64,000 bases of DNA from Clostridia bacterium (GTDB lineage Bacteria > Bacillota > Clostridia > Monoglobales > Firm-18): contig JAZOOD010000063.1 in the NCBI GenBank assembly GCA_045654805.1, positions 45,793 to 109,792 of the forward strand, given 5' to 3'. Below the pieces are notes generated by a model that saw only the letters and a list, made by a program, of their open reading frames with translations, was not told the origin of the DNA and made no database searches. The position numbers and the translations under genes were made by a program. Positions 8,699-19,247 of the stretch are shown here, piece by piece; the first letter of the stretch is position 1, and the number at the start of each line of letters is the position of its first letter.

Positions 8699-10411
8699 TT
8701 GAAAAAAGCAATTCTTAGTTTAGTACTTATTTTAATATTTTTAATACAAATTCCCGCCTTTGGTGTCAGTGCATCGAAAATGGGTGCTGATATGGAGGGC
8801 CATTGGGCAGAAGATTATGGCCGCAGGCTTATGAAACTTGGGATAATGAACGGTTATGAAGACGGAACGTTTAAGTTAACCGGAACTATTACAAGGGCAG
8901 AGTTTACCAAATTACTTGTAACTTTGCGTTACGGTAATTATCAGACATATACGGAAGAAATTTTTGAGGATGTTCCATCATCCGCGTGGTATTACAACTA
9001 TGTTTGTACTGCATATGCGGAAAAAATTCTGGAGGAGCAGGAGGGTGAAAAATTCAGACCATCCGATCTTATTACAAGGGAAGAAATGGTGGTTATGATT
9101 GTCAAATCCCTTGAACTTTCCGGCGGGCGCGCATCATTTGGTGATGTAAACAGCGGAAATGAGCATTATAAGGAAATTTGTGCCGCAGTAAACAGCGGTA
9201 TTATAACGGGTTATGAGGACGGGACTTTCAAGCCCGACAACACGGCAACCCGTGGGGAAACTGCCGCTATGGTGTGCAGGATTTTAAACCATATAACGGA
9301 CAAGGAACTGGTTGGAGAACCAAATCCGGAAGTGGAGCTTGAGGAAGATGAATATCCTGAAGATGAACCTGTGGAAATACCGGATATAGAATATGTTCCC
9401 GGTGATGTTGATGACGAAATATCAGGCAAAATTAACCTTACCTGGCACCAGATATATAATACTGGGGTAACAAAGACAGGGAACCATATGGATGGGGTAA
9501 ATGTAATTTCTCCAACGTGGTTTACACTTGTTGACAACACAGGGTTAACACCTTATTCATATGAATATGAATTTTACAGCGACCTTAACCTTTATATTGC
9601 AGACCTTGGCAACAAGGAATACATAAAGGATTGCAAAGAGGAAGGTTATAAGGTATGGGCGATGTTTAACACAGAGGGCAGCCCCGCTAAGGCAAGCAAG
9701 TTTTTAAACAGCGCACCTGCAAGAGCAGCCTGTGTTAAAATGATGAAAGAGTTTATTTTGAAATATGACCTTGACGGCATAAATCTGGACTTTGAAAATA
9801 TGTATCAGTCCGACCGTGACCTATATACAAAATTTGTGAAGGAAATGGCGGATATGTGCCACAGCGTAGGAGCAATATTAAGCGTTGACGTTACAAAGTA
9901 CGAGCCTACAAGCTCTACATACTCTATGTGCTACGACCGTACAGCTATTGCCAAGTATGCGGATTATGTAGCATTAATGGCTTATGACCAGAATGGAACC
10001 TGGAGCAAAGAGGCAGGTTCTGTGGCGGACCTCGAATGGACAGAAAAAGCAGTTATAAAAACACTTGAGGAAGTTCCTAATGAAAAATTGCTTTTAGGCA
10101 TACCTTTTTATGCAAGAATATGGGAAACTGTTAACGGCAAGGTTGTAAAGACCTCCGCCGTGGGTATGACTACTGTTGCAAATAAGATTGCGGAAAATAA
10201 CGCTACTGTTTATTATGATGAAAAAACGGGGCAAAATTATGCAGAATGGACCTCGGGCAACAGCGTTTTCAAGGTATGGATAGAGGATAAGACATCAATC
10301 AAGGCAAGACTTGATTTAGTTGAGCAATATGACCTTGCGGGAGTTGCCTCCTGGAGTAAAACCTTTGAAACTCCGGATATATGGGAATTTATTGAGGAGA
10401 ATTTGAGATGA
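8699..10411 (+). CDS. SLH-anchored glycoside hydrolase family 18 (YaaH/YdhD-like)
   Basis: A signal peptide is followed by three SLH-like repeats (GYEDGTFK.. twice). The GH18 catalytic motif LDGINLDFE is present. A TTG start after RBS AGGAGGGG is preferred over the track start at 8636. Confidence 0.8.
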   Translation: MKKAILSLVLILIFLIQIPAFGVSASKMGADMEGHWAEDYGRRLMKLGIMNGYEDGTFKLTGTITRAEFTKLLVTLRYGNYQTYTEEIFEDVPSSAWYYNYVCTAYAEKILEEQEGEKFRPSDLITREEMVVMIVKSLELSGGRASFGDVNSGNEHYKEICAAVNSGIITGYEDGTFKPDNTATRGETAAMVCRILNHITDKELVGEPNPEVELEEDEYPEDEPVEIPDIEYVPGDVDDEISGKINLTWHQIYNTGVTKTGNHMDGVNVISPTWFTLVDNTGLTPYSYEYEFYSDLNLYIADLGNKEYIKDCKEEGYKVWAMFNTEGSPAKASKFLNSAPARAACVKMMKEFILKYDLDGINLDFENMYQSDRDLYTKFVKEMADMCHSVGAILSVDVTKYEPTSSTYSMCYDRTAIAKYADYVALMAYDQNGTWSKEAGSVADLEWTEKAVIKTLEEVPNEKLLLGIPFYARIWETVNGKVVKTSAVGMTTVANKIAENNATVYYDEKTGQNYAEWTSGNSVFKVWIEDKTSIKARLDLVEQYDLAGVASWSKTFETPDIWEFIEENLR

Positions 10412-10656
10412 ACGAAAAGTTAAAGGAAATACTTTTGGGTATCACATACGGCATTGTAACAATGCTGTTTATAATCGGACTTTTGCCATGGTCTTTGGTT
10501 TCCAGTATTTTAGGATGTGTTATTGCGGTGCTTGCAATATGGCGTATAAGAAAAAGAATGAACGCAGAAGAAAGTGTTAAGCATTTTACAATAAGCTATA
10601 TGGTAGTGGTTATAGTAATTATGTTGCTTATTAATTCACTATCAACCGGAGCATAA
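10408..10656 (+). CDS. Small two-TM membrane protein, unknown
   Basis: ATGA overlap with the GH18 stop; hydrophobic profile. Confidence 0.35.
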   Translation: MNEKLKEILLGITYGIVTMLFIIGLLPWSLVSSILGCVIAVLAIWRIRKRMNAEESVKHFTISYMVVVIVIMLLINSLSTGA

Positions 10657-10891
10657 GCAACATAATAAATCCCGGTATGCCCAATATACCTATAGTAAAA
10701 GCTGTAAGGGCATTTACACCTATGAAAAACCCGAATAGTTGGGATATGAAGTTAAATGCTACTATACATATTCCCCCTAATGCGGAATTGACAATTAATC
10801 TGAACAATGCTCTTATGGGCTTTGAAAAAACAACTATTAGTATACAGCCTAAAATAATACCTATAATATAAATGAATAATGTACTATTCAT
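10631..10891 (-). CDS. bofA: Pro-sigma-K processing inhibitor BofA
   Basis: It is 86 aa with the family pattern NSALGG...GVNALTAFTIGILGIPG. Confidence 0.75.
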   Translation of the reverse strand: MNSTLFIYIIGIILGCILIVVFSKPIRALFRLIVNSALGGICIVAFNFISQLFGFFIGVNALTAFTIGILGIPGFIMLLMLRLIVN

Positions 10892-10936
10892 AAAAACACC
10901 TCCGTATATACCTAAGATATGCGGAGGTTGTACTAT

Positions 10937-11164
10937 TTATGCCTGGTGTTTTCCCCGACCGAAAAAGCCACGTTTTTTCTTTACGGGACGTGAAAGATAC
11001 CTGTTGCTTTGGTTAACATACTGGTATATTATGTGATTTGCCTCATCCAGTACATTATAGTCTTCAATAGCCTTAATTTTGTCTTTTAAAATAAAGATTG
11101 CCTGTTGGATATTACTGCTCTTTATATTATCTATTATGATGACTCTCTTGCTGTTGTCAAACAT
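10937..11164 (-). CDS. Small basic-tailed protein, unknown; overlaps the spoIIE stop by 8 nt
   Basis: The ORF is translationally coupled to spoIIE. I recognise no family. Confidence 0.35.
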   Translation of the reverse strand: MFDNSKRVIIIDNIKSSNIQQAIFILKDKIKAIEDYNVLDEANHIIYQYVNQSNRYLSRPVKKKRGFFGRGKHQA

Positions 11165-13490
11165 ATAGTCCCTCCTCGTTTTTAGTTATTTTAAGTACAA
11201 CTACGGTCATATCGTCCTCTTGGTTTTTACGCCGTTCTGCTTCGTCGGTTAATAATTTTGCAATTATTTTGGGATTTTCTTCGTGCATATTTAAAATGTA
11301 TTCTTCAAACCAATTGTCCGTTGCATTATGAATGCCGTCGCTTATAAGGATAATTATGTCACCGTTTTTTGCCTGATATTCAATATTTTCTGCTATTGTG
11401 TTGTTAATTATTCCTATTGGTAGCGTGTCTGAGGAAATTTTTTTAACGCAGTTATCAGTTTTTATGAATGTTGTGTTTGCTCCTGCTTTTATTAATTCAA
11501 TATTTGCAGTAAACATATCTATTACTACGGCATCCAGTGTGGCAAAGGTTTCGGGATTTTTTAACATTAATGCGGAATTTATCATTTCAACAGAAATTTT
11601 TTTGTCAAAACCGGCGTTTAAAAACTGTTGCATAAGTTCTATTGCAGTAATGGATTGTTCTGCAGCTTTTTTACCGCACCCCATACCATCGCTTAATATT
11701 ACGGCGTATTTCCCGTTGGAAATTTTTCCGTGAACTACATTGTCTCCACATTTTTCTTCCCCTTTTTTTGGTATACTTATGTAACTGCATTCTACTGCAA
11801 ATCTTTCGGATTCTCTTAACTTTATGGAGAACTTGTTTTTGTTACAAATATAATTTTCCACTCTCATATTTTTGTTCAGTGTTTCCGATGTTATTACTTC
11901 GATTTTTTTACACATTTCTGTAAAATCGTCTCTTTTATTTCTTACAACTAACGTTACGGATGCTGCATCTATGTGATCCTTTACTACTGTTATGTCACTG
12001 CATTTTATATCTGCCTGTTCCATGTTGTGCATTATACGGCTTTCTTCAAGCTTGTCAAAGGTTATGTCTTTATCAAGATTTTCTGAAAATTCATTCATTA
12101 TTCCCGACATCCCCTTTAACTGTACAGACAGCATTTTCTGGCTTTGTTCAACACGTTCCTGCCATTGACTATTTACTTTATGCTTAAAATATATTCTGTT
12201 CATCTCACTTGCAAAACTGTCATATTTTATGCATTTTTGCTTGAATTCCATTGGAATATTTTCATTACTTAAATGACCATTTTCGTTCAGTATAAAGACA
12301 GTTTTGTTGAGTATATCTCTTGTGTCAAAAGACTCTTTGTCCCAGCATATAAATTTAAGTCCGCAGGATTTACAAACCTTGCCCGCGGCAATATCATAAA
12401 TTGTGCTTAAATCATTTATGTTTTCGGGTATATTACCTAAAATTCTTTGTGAAAGCTCCGCAAGAGATTCAAAAGATTTGGAGGTAACTTTTATTTTGGA
12501 GTTTACCATATCCAGGTATTTTTTGAACTCCGTGTTTCGGGTTAAGCTTGCAGAAAAGCAGGCCTTTATCCTTAGGAGCATAGATTGGGGGACAAGGCAG
12601 AATAAACATATGGATATTAAGGTTTCAAACTCGGAAAATACGGAGTCCGACCATCCTCCAAAATATGCGGAGAGTAATCGAGTAGACATTATAAATGCAA
12701 GTATTATCCCCGGTCTCTTATATCGGTTGGCTATTCCAGTAACCAATCCGCAAAACCCGAATATTCCCGCATATTCGTTGTATTCAAATGAATATAATGA
12801 AAATAATATTCCGGCACCTATACCGCAAGTTGAAGAAAAAGCACATCCTCCTGCGTAAGCAATAATCATTATAAGTGTTCCGCATATAGCTTTGCCAATG
12901 GCTATATTACCTATATTAATTCCGCAAAATCCACTTATTGAAACTACTGTCAGAGCACATATTCCTGCTATGTCATGAGATTTTATTTCCTCAAAAACAT
13001 CCCCGTCACATATAATATGAGCTGATGATTTTAGTATATACGGAAAAATAAAGCAAATGGCACATTCAAATCCCAGCAGCATCATATTGCTAAAAGTATT
13101 GCCAAGCTGTGCATAATATATTATGCCTGAAATTGCAAGGGCGGAAACAGATGCAACTGAAACCAGATGTTTACTTGATTTGGTCCATATTGTGGACACG
13201 GATATGTATATTAGTCCGAACAAAACGTACGCCAACAGATACCTTAGCGCAGTATATGAATATTGTGTTGTCAGGGTACCTGTCAAGGCAGATAATACGG
13301 TAATAATTATTTTTGTAGTTGTCTTATTTTCTGAGCGCATATATGAGCACAAATATGAAATGGCAAATGGGGATATAGCTCCCATTATAAAAACTCTACC
13401 TGTCATAAATGATATAAGGTAATGTATTAAATATCTTTTATTAAACGCAAGTACTTTTTGAAATCTCTTTTTTGCAGTTGTAAATTCCAT
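11157..13490 (-). CDS. spoIIE: Stage II sporulation protein E (PP2C phosphatase, polytopic N-terminus)
   Basis: About 10 TM segments are followed by a C-terminal PP2C domain (ILSDGMGCG...LISDGI...DDMTVVVLK). RBS AAAGGAG favours the ATG at 13490 (MEFTTAKK). Confidence 0.9.
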   Translation of the reverse strand: MEFTTAKKRFQKVLAFNKRYLIHYLISFMTGRVFIMGAISPFAISYLCSYMRSENKTTTKIIITVLSALTGTLTTQYSYTALRYLLAYVLFGLIYISVSTIWTKSSKHLVSVASVSALAISGIIYYAQLGNTFSNMMLLGFECAICFIFPYILKSSAHIICDGDVFEEIKSHDIAGICALTVVSISGFCGINIGNIAIGKAICGTLIMIIAYAGGCAFSSTCGIGAGILFSLYSFEYNEYAGIFGFCGLVTGIANRYKRPGIILAFIMSTRLLSAYFGGWSDSVFSEFETLISICLFCLVPQSMLLRIKACFSASLTRNTEFKKYLDMVNSKIKVTSKSFESLAELSQRILGNIPENINDLSTIYDIAAGKVCKSCGLKFICWDKESFDTRDILNKTVFILNENGHLSNENIPMEFKQKCIKYDSFASEMNRIYFKHKVNSQWQERVEQSQKMLSVQLKGMSGIMNEFSENLDKDITFDKLEESRIMHNMEQADIKCSDITVVKDHIDAASVTLVVRNKRDDFTEMCKKIEVITSETLNKNMRVENYICNKNKFSIKLRESERFAVECSYISIPKKGEEKCGDNVVHGKISNGKYAVILSDGMGCGKKAAEQSITAIELMQQFLNAGFDKKISVEMINSALMLKNPETFATLDAVVIDMFTANIELIKAGANTTFIKTDNCVKKISSDTLPIGIINNTIAENIEYQAKNGDIIILISDGIHNATDNWFEEYILNMHEENPKIIAKLLTDEAERRKNQEDDMTVVVLKITKNEEGLYV

Positions 13491-13627
13491 AAAATTTCTC
13501 CTTTGTGTAAAATCCATATGGTGCAAATTTAATTATACTATTCATAAGGAATAATAAATGTCGCAAAATGTAGCGTATTCATTAAAATTTTTTTGCAAAA
13601 AACCCCAAATTTATGCACTTGTTTTGG

Positions 13628-13656
13628 TTGACTTATTTTGTTGCAAATGTTATAAT
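13628..13656 (+). promoter_or_regulatory. Putative sigma-A promoter of the yybS-gdpP-rplI-dnaB block
   Basis: TTGACT, 17 nt, TATAAT. Confidence 0.5.
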
Positions 13657-13683
13657 ATACATTAATATATTGGGGAGTTATGT

Positions 13684-14439
13684 ATGATTGGTAATATATT
13701 AAGTGTTTTTTCAACATTGTTAGTATTTTGTATCATACCAACGGTCTGGTTGGTGTACAAAAAGAAATTAGCTTTTTTAAACGGGGTGTTTTTAGGAACA
13801 TTCCTGTTTTTGGTGTCTTTCGGTTGTTCTGTGTACGGCACGTATCTTATCTACGGATATAGCCCTATTGATTATATGGTAAACGGGTATTTTGATGAGG
13901 TTACCAAGGCATATAATTCAATATCTGGAATTACAGCGGATGAAATTCAAATACTTAATGTAATAATTGAAAAGCTAAGGGTTTATTATTTCACATTTAT
14001 GCCCACTCTAGTTGTTACATTAGGGCTTGCAGGGTCATATGTAATATTTATGATTTTCAAGGGGGCATTTGCATTATTCCGCAAGGATGTATCCGTATTT
14101 AGTAAATTTTGTGATTTTAAAATGCCCAAATCAGCGGTATTTTTCGCAATTATCGCCTATGTGATTTCGCTTGCTTTAAGCGGGAAACAGACCGGTTATG
14201 CATTTTTGAATTTTTCATCAATAATATTTACTTTAACTACTGTGTGCGGGCTATCGGTTATAGACTACGGTGTCAGGAAAAAGATTAAATTTTCCGTACT
14301 AAGAGCGTTGATATATATTTTAATAATTAGTGTTTTGACGGTATTTATGGGGATGGGAACAAACCTGCTCACCTTTGTAGGAATGTTCGATGCTTTTTTC
14401 GATATCCGCAACGGCGGAGTAAAGTTCCATAAATCCTGA
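13684..14439 (+). CDS. YybS-like (DUF2232) membrane protein
   Basis: It is a polytopic membrane protein immediately upstream of gdpP, as in Bacillus yybS-yybT. Confidence 0.6.
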   Translation: MIGNILSVFSTLLVFCIIPTVWLVYKKKLAFLNGVFLGTFLFLVSFGCSVYGTYLIYGYSPIDYMVNGYFDEVTKAYNSISGITADEIQILNVIIEKLRVYYFTFMPTLVVTLGLAGSYVIFMIFKGAFALFRKDVSVFSKFCDFKMPKSAVFFAIIAYVISLALSGKQTGYAFLNFSSIIFTLTTVCGLSVIDYGVRKKIKFSVLRALIYILIISVLTVFMGMGTNLLTFVGMFDAFFDIRNGGVKFHKS

Positions 14440-14471
14440 TAAAGTGGCTCTTATGAAAGGAGCGTAATTTT

Positions 14472-16454
14472 ATGAATGATAAACGTTTCGTATCTAAACT
14501 CTTAACAGAAACAAAAATATATTTTATGGCAATTCTTGTTGCTGCGATTATTTCTATAGTATATAAGAATTACGGATTTGCAACATTTCAGCTTGTTATT
14601 TTGGCAGGTATGTTTGCATATCATATGTATTACACTAAAAAGAAGACAAGCGAAATTACGGAATATGTTGAAAATCTGGCAATCCATACAGCTAATGCCG
14701 CAAAGGATTCTATGGTTAATATACCTGTTCCCCTTACAGTTTTGGACCTTACAGGGAATATTGTGTGGCATAATGAGGTCTTCGCTGAAATAGCGGGCGG
14801 GAATTATTTTGAAAATCATATTTCAACCGTTGTTCCTGATATTGAGATATTAAAAATACTTGAAAACAGACATAATATTAATCTTAATATCAAGTATAAT
14901 GAAAAGGACTATCAAATAACCGGAAATGTTGTTGAGTTCAACAATGACGAAAACAAATTTTACTCACTTGTACTATATTGGATAGACCGTACCAGAGAAG
15001 TTGAATATGTAAAAAAGTATCACGACAGCAGAGTTTTAAACAGTATAGTGCTTATAGATAACTATGATGATATTACAAAGGGACTTACCCAACAAGCGGT
15101 GAGCAAGCTTTCTTCTTCAATAGATCAGCTTATCAACAATTGGGTAAGTGAAAACGAGGGTACTTACAGAAAACTGGAAAAAGACAGATACTATATATTG
15201 TTTGAAAACAGAAATATCTGTAAAATTATTGATAGAAAGTTTGCAATATTGAGTGAAATGAAGAAAATTGAGTCTGAAAACTCTATGCAGGCAACAATGA
15301 GTATTGGCATCGGTGACGCTGATACTGTACAAAAAAGTGAGGAATACGCAAAGATTGCCCTTGATATGGCATTGGGACGCGGTGGTGACCAGGCGGTTAT
15401 AAAAAACGAGGAGGGCTTCAATTTCTTTGGAGGTAATTCTGAAAGCTCTGGACGTAATACAAAGGTTAAGTCCAGAGTTGTTGCTCACGCTTTGAGGGAA
15501 TTAATAGAAACAGCTTCAACAGTGTTTATTACAGGACATAAAAATTGTGATGCCGATAGTCTTGGAGCATCTGTTGCAGTGTGTAAAATGGCATCCTTAT
15601 TTGGGAAAAAGGCATACATTGTAGTTGGAGAACTTTCCAGCACAACAAAAAAACTGGTTGACGAGCTTAAGATAGAGGAAGCGTATAAAGATGTATTTAT
15701 ATCCGAGCAGGCTGCCTTACAAATGGAACTTGGCAACGCGCTTATGGTAGTAGTTGATACCCATAATCCGGCATATGTCGAGGCAGGGAAATTAATTAGC
15801 GAGATAGAAGATATAGTTCTCATTGACCACCACAGACGTGGACAGAACTATATTGAAAAACCGGTTTTGACATATCATGAGCCATATGCTTCATCGGCTT
15901 GTGAAATAGTTACCGAAATATTCCAGTATATTAAAGACGATGCAAAGCTTAGCCCGAAGGAAGCACAGGCTGTTTATGCAGGTATGGTGCTTGATACCAA
16001 AAACTTCAGCATGAAGACGGGGGTACGAACTTTTGAGGCGGCATCTTTCTTAAGACGTATGGGTGTGGATACAGTTAATGTGAAACGTATCTTCCAGAAC
16101 GATATGTCTATGTATGTAAAACGTGCTAAGATTGTGTCAAATGCAGAAAATTATCTTGGCAAAATTGTTATTTCATATTGGGATGAGATTGAGGACGGTG
16201 CCAATATAATTGCCAGTCAGGCGGCGGATGAAATGCTTAATATTACGGATATAAAGGCTTCGTTTGTGTTATGCAGAGCCGAAGACAGCATAGTAATCAG
16301 CGGACGTTCCCTGGGTGAATATAATGTCCAGCTTGTTTTGGAAAAAATCGGTGGCGGCGGACATATGACTATAGCAGGGGCACAGCTTAAAGACAAGACA
16401 ATGGTTGAAGCTCTTGATATTTTGAAACACGCAATTGATGAAATGGAAGAATAG
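14472..16454 (+). CDS. gdpP: Cyclic-di-AMP phosphodiesterase GdpP (YybT)
   Basis: It has two N-terminal TM segments, a degenerate GGDEF region, and DHH (ITGHKNCDADSLG, VDHHRR) and DHHA1 (GGGGH) motifs. Confidence 0.88.
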   Translation: MNDKRFVSKLLTETKIYFMAILVAAIISIVYKNYGFATFQLVILAGMFAYHMYYTKKKTSEITEYVENLAIHTANAAKDSMVNIPVPLTVLDLTGNIVWHNEVFAEIAGGNYFENHISTVVPDIEILKILENRHNINLNIKYNEKDYQITGNVVEFNNDENKFYSLVLYWIDRTREVEYVKKYHDSRVLNSIVLIDNYDDITKGLTQQAVSKLSSSIDQLINNWVSENEGTYRKLEKDRYYILFENRNICKIIDRKFAILSEMKKIESENSMQATMSIGIGDADTVQKSEEYAKIALDMALGRGGDQAVIKNEEGFNFFGGNSESSGRNTKVKSRVVAHALRELIETASTVFITGHKNCDADSLGASVAVCKMASLFGKKAYIVVGELSSTTKKLVDELKIEEAYKDVFISEQAALQMELGNALMVVVDTHNPAYVEAGKLISEIEDIVLIDHHRRGQNYIEKPVLTYHEPYASSACEIVTEIFQYIKDDAKLSPKEAQAVYAGMVLDTKNFSMKTGVRTFEAASFLRRMGVDTVNVKRIFQNDMSMYVKRAKIVSNAENYLGKIVISYWDEIEDGANIIASQAADEMLNITDIKASFVLCRAEDSIVISGRSLGEYNVQLVLEKIGGGGHMTIAGAQLKDKTMVEALDILKHAIDEMEE

Positions 16455-16466
16455 GAGGAGTTATAG

Positions 16467-16913
16467 ATGAAAGTTATTTTATTAAAGGACGTAAAAGGCT
16501 CCGGCAAAAAGGGACAGGTTATAAATGTTGCGGATGGTTTTGCAAGAAATGCACTACTTCCAAAGGGTCTTGCTTTGGAGGCTACTCCTGCAAATATGAA
16601 TATACTTAAGGGAAAGGAAGAGTCAATAGCTCATAAAAAAGAGGTTGCTTACGATACAGCTGTTGATTTAGCAAAGCGTCTAGGTGACATCAGCGTTACT
16701 ATCAAGACTAAAGCGGGCGCCAATGGCAAAATTTTCGGTTCTGTAACATCCAAGGATATTGCAGAAGAAATTGAAAAGAAATATAAAATCAAATTGGATA
16801 AAAGATGGATTGACCTTAAGGATGGTATTAAGGTTGTAGGTACACAGGATGTTAACATTTGGCTGCATTCTAAGGTTAATGCAAAGGTAAAAGTTGTAGT
16901 AGAGGCGGAGTAA
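16467..16913 (+). CDS. rplI: 50S ribosomal protein L9
   Basis: N-terminus [28 protein letters not shown] is typical of L9. Confidence 0.93.
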   Translation: MKVILLKDVKGSGKKGQVINVADGFARNALLPKGLALEATPANMNILKGKEESIAHKKEVAYDTAVDLAKRLGDISVTIKTKAGANGKIFGSVTSKDIAEEIEKKYKIKLDKRWIDLKDGIKVVGTQDVNIWLHSKVNAKVKVVVEAE

Positions 16914-16945
16914 TCCGTTAAGTTTATTGAAGGGAAGTTGTGGTT

Positions 16946-18286
16946 ATGGACGAAGTAACAAGCAGAATAACCCCATACAATGCTGCGGCAGAACAATCTG
17001 TCATAGGCTCCATATTTATGGACCGTGAATGTCTGGCCAATGTTATAGAATATGTCCGTGCTGATGATTTTTACGACCCCAGAAATAAGGAACTCTTTGA
17101 AGCAATAATGGACCTTTTCAATTATGACAAGCCCATTGATGTTATTACTGTTGCGGAACAGTTAAGACAAAGAGGCACTTTTGAAAAGGTTGGAGGGGAA
17201 ATATATCTTGCAGATATTGCAAGTGCTGTTTCCACAAGCGCCAATGTAAAGTATTATGCAAAAATTGTTTCCGAATATGCTATCAGAAGACGGCTTATAA
17301 ATGTGTCAAACGACATTTCCAGTCTTGCATATGAGGGCAATGAAGATATTCGAAAAATTCTTGATATATCGGAACAAAAGGTTTTTGACGTATCAGAAAA
17401 TAAAAATATGACGGGATTTATAAGTATTCGCGATTTACTTTCCTCAAGCTTTGCCCATATTTCAGAGATTGCTTCAAATCCAAGCAATATAACGGGCATT
17501 CCTACGGGATTTACAAAGCTTGACGATATGATATCCGGACTTAATAAGGCAAATCTCGTACTTATAGCCGCAAGACCGGCTATGGGGAAAACATCCTTTG
17601 CTCTTAATATTGCTCATTATGCGGCAGTAAAAGCAGGGGCAAAGGTCGGTATATTCAGTCTGGAAATGAGTAATGAGGAGATAATAAACAGAATCTGGTT
17701 TTCAGAGGCTATGGTAGAATCTAGTAAAATCCGTAGTGGAAATATGAAACCCAATGATTGGGAAAGGCTTACTATGGCACTTTCCAAGCTGTCGGCAGCC
17801 AATATTTATGTTGACGATACTGCTGCGGTTTCTCCTATGGATATGAGAGCAAAGTGCAGAAGATTAATGGCGGAAAAAGGTCTTGATTTAATTATTGTGG
17901 ACCATATTCAGCTGATGCAGTCCTCAAGGCGTACGGAAAACAGACAACAGGAAATCACAGAAATTTCCCGTTCGCTCAAGATGTTGGCAAAGGATCTTAA
18001 TATACCTGTTGTTGCACTTTCACAGCTTAGCCGTGCGAGTGATTCACGTACGGACAAGCGACCTATGCTTTCCGACCTTCGTGAATCCGGCGCTATTGAG
18101 CAGGATGCAGATATTGTAATGATGCTTTATCGTGATGACTATTATAATAAGGATACAGAGCATCCGGGTGAGGCGGAGGTTATTGTTGCCAAAAACCGTA
18201 GCGGAAGTACAGGTACTGTACGTTTAAGCTGGCAGGGTGAATTTACAAAATTCAGCAATATTGATTATCAACACGAGGAATATTAA
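16946..18286 (+). CDS. dnaB: Replicative DNA helicase DnaB (DnaC in Bacillus nomenclature)
   Basis: Motifs include P.N..AEQSVIGS, Walker A ARPAMGKTSFALN, and SQLSR...RPMLSDLRESGAIEQDAD. Confidence 0.93.
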   Translation: MDEVTSRITPYNAAAEQSVIGSIFMDRECLANVIEYVRADDFYDPRNKELFEAIMDLFNYDKPIDVITVAEQLRQRGTFEKVGGEIYLADIASAVSTSANVKYYAKIVSEYAIRRRLINVSNDISSLAYEGNEDIRKILDISEQKVFDVSENKNMTGFISIRDLLSSSFAHISEIASNPSNITGIPTGFTKLDDMISGLNKANLVLIAARPAMGKTSFALNIAHYAAVKAGAKVGIFSLEMSNEEIINRIWFSEAMVESSKIRSGNMKPNDWERLTMALSKLSAANIYVDDTAAVSPMDMRAKCRRLMAEKGLDLIIVDHIQLMQSSRRTENRQQEITEISRSLKMLAKDLNIPVVALSQLSRASDSRTDKRPMLSDLRESGAIEQDADIVMMLYRDDYYNKDTEHPGEAEVIVAKNRSGSTGTVRLSWQGEFTKFSNIDYQHEEY

Positions 18287-18287
18287 C

Positions 18288-19247
18288 ATGAATGCTTTTG
18301 AAAGGCATATATTGGAAACAGTTGACAAATATAATATGATTGGAAGGGGACAGACTGTTATAGCGGCAGTATCCGGTGGATATGATTCCCTTTGTATGCT
18401 AAGCGTATTGTGTAATCTTCGCAGATTAAGGGGATTTGATGTATGTGTGGCACATATAAACCATATGTTGCGCGATGAGGCTGACTCCGATGAAGATTAT
18501 GTACGCAATGAAGCGGAAAAACTGGGACTTGATGTATATACGAAAAAAGTTAATGTAACAGAATATGCACGGATAAATAAGGTTTCATTTGAAACAGCAG
18601 GCAGAATTTTAAGATACGCTTTTTTCGAAGAAATTGCTAAAAAATATGACAGCTGCGTAATTGCAACTGCACATAATGCAAACGACAGTGCAGAAAGTAT
18701 GCTTATGCACCTTATGAGGGGTAGCGGGCTTACTGGTCTTGTGGGTATCAGACCAAAGAAAAATAATCTTATAAGGCCTTTGATTGAAGCGGACCGTATT
18801 GATATAGAAAAGTACTGTGATGATATGGGTATTGTACCAAGGCACGACTTTACAAATGATAGCGATGATTACCACAGAAATGATATAAGACATAATATTC
18901 TTTCACCTATGCTCGAAAGATGTAGTTTGTCAAGTCTGTGCAGAACTATGGATGTTTTGACTGCGGAAGAAGATTTTCTGGAGCAATATACAAAAGAAAT
19001 TCTTGATAAATATGTAAAAACCATTGACGGACATAAACACATTTCCGTTCGTGATTTTAATAAACTATCTTTAGGAATAAGAAGGCGTCTTTTAAGAATG
19101 GTAATTGATGACACACCAGAAAATCAGCTTTGTCTTGTGCATATAGATGATATCATAGGAATGGCGGATAAAAATTATGGCGGCAAGCAAATATGCCTGC
19201 CCGGAGGTATCGTTGTTAAAATGGAAAAAGGAGAAATTATAATATGA
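18288..19247 (+). CDS. tilS: tRNA(Ile)-lysidine synthetase TilS (short form)
   Basis: It has the PP-loop SGGYDS. The ATG at 18288 directly follows the dnaB stop, whereas the track start at 18237 lies inside dnaB. Confidence 0.85.
   Translation: MNAFERHILETVDKYNMIGRGQTVIAAVSGGYDSLCMLSVLCNLRRLRGFDVCVAHINHMLRDEADSDEDYVRNEAEKLGLDVYTKKVNVTEYARINKVSFETAGRILRYAFFEEIAKKYDSCVIATAHNANDSAESMLMHLMRGSGLTGLVGIRPKKNNLIRPLIEADRIDIEKYCDDMGIVPRHDFTNDSDDYHRNDIRHNILSPMLERCSLSSLCRTMDVLTAEEDFLEQYTKEILDKYVKTIDGHKHISVRDFNKLSLGIRRRLLRMVIDDTPENQLCLVHIDDIIGMADKNYGGKQICLPGGIVVKMEKGEIII

Noticed and set aside
18237-18287. The track start of tilS at 18237, and similar upstream alternative starts. Examples are 8636 for GH18, 13526 for spoIIE, 29425 and 30335 in the BlaR1 operon, 40013 for ribU, 42507 for the SLH protein, 48932 for clpC, 54775 for ackA and 56779 for DUF512.
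   Set aside because: In each case a downstream ATG with a properly spaced GGAGG-like RBS exists, along with a family-typical N-terminus or signal peptide. The upstream extensions overlap neighbouring genes, riboswitch or leader sequence.
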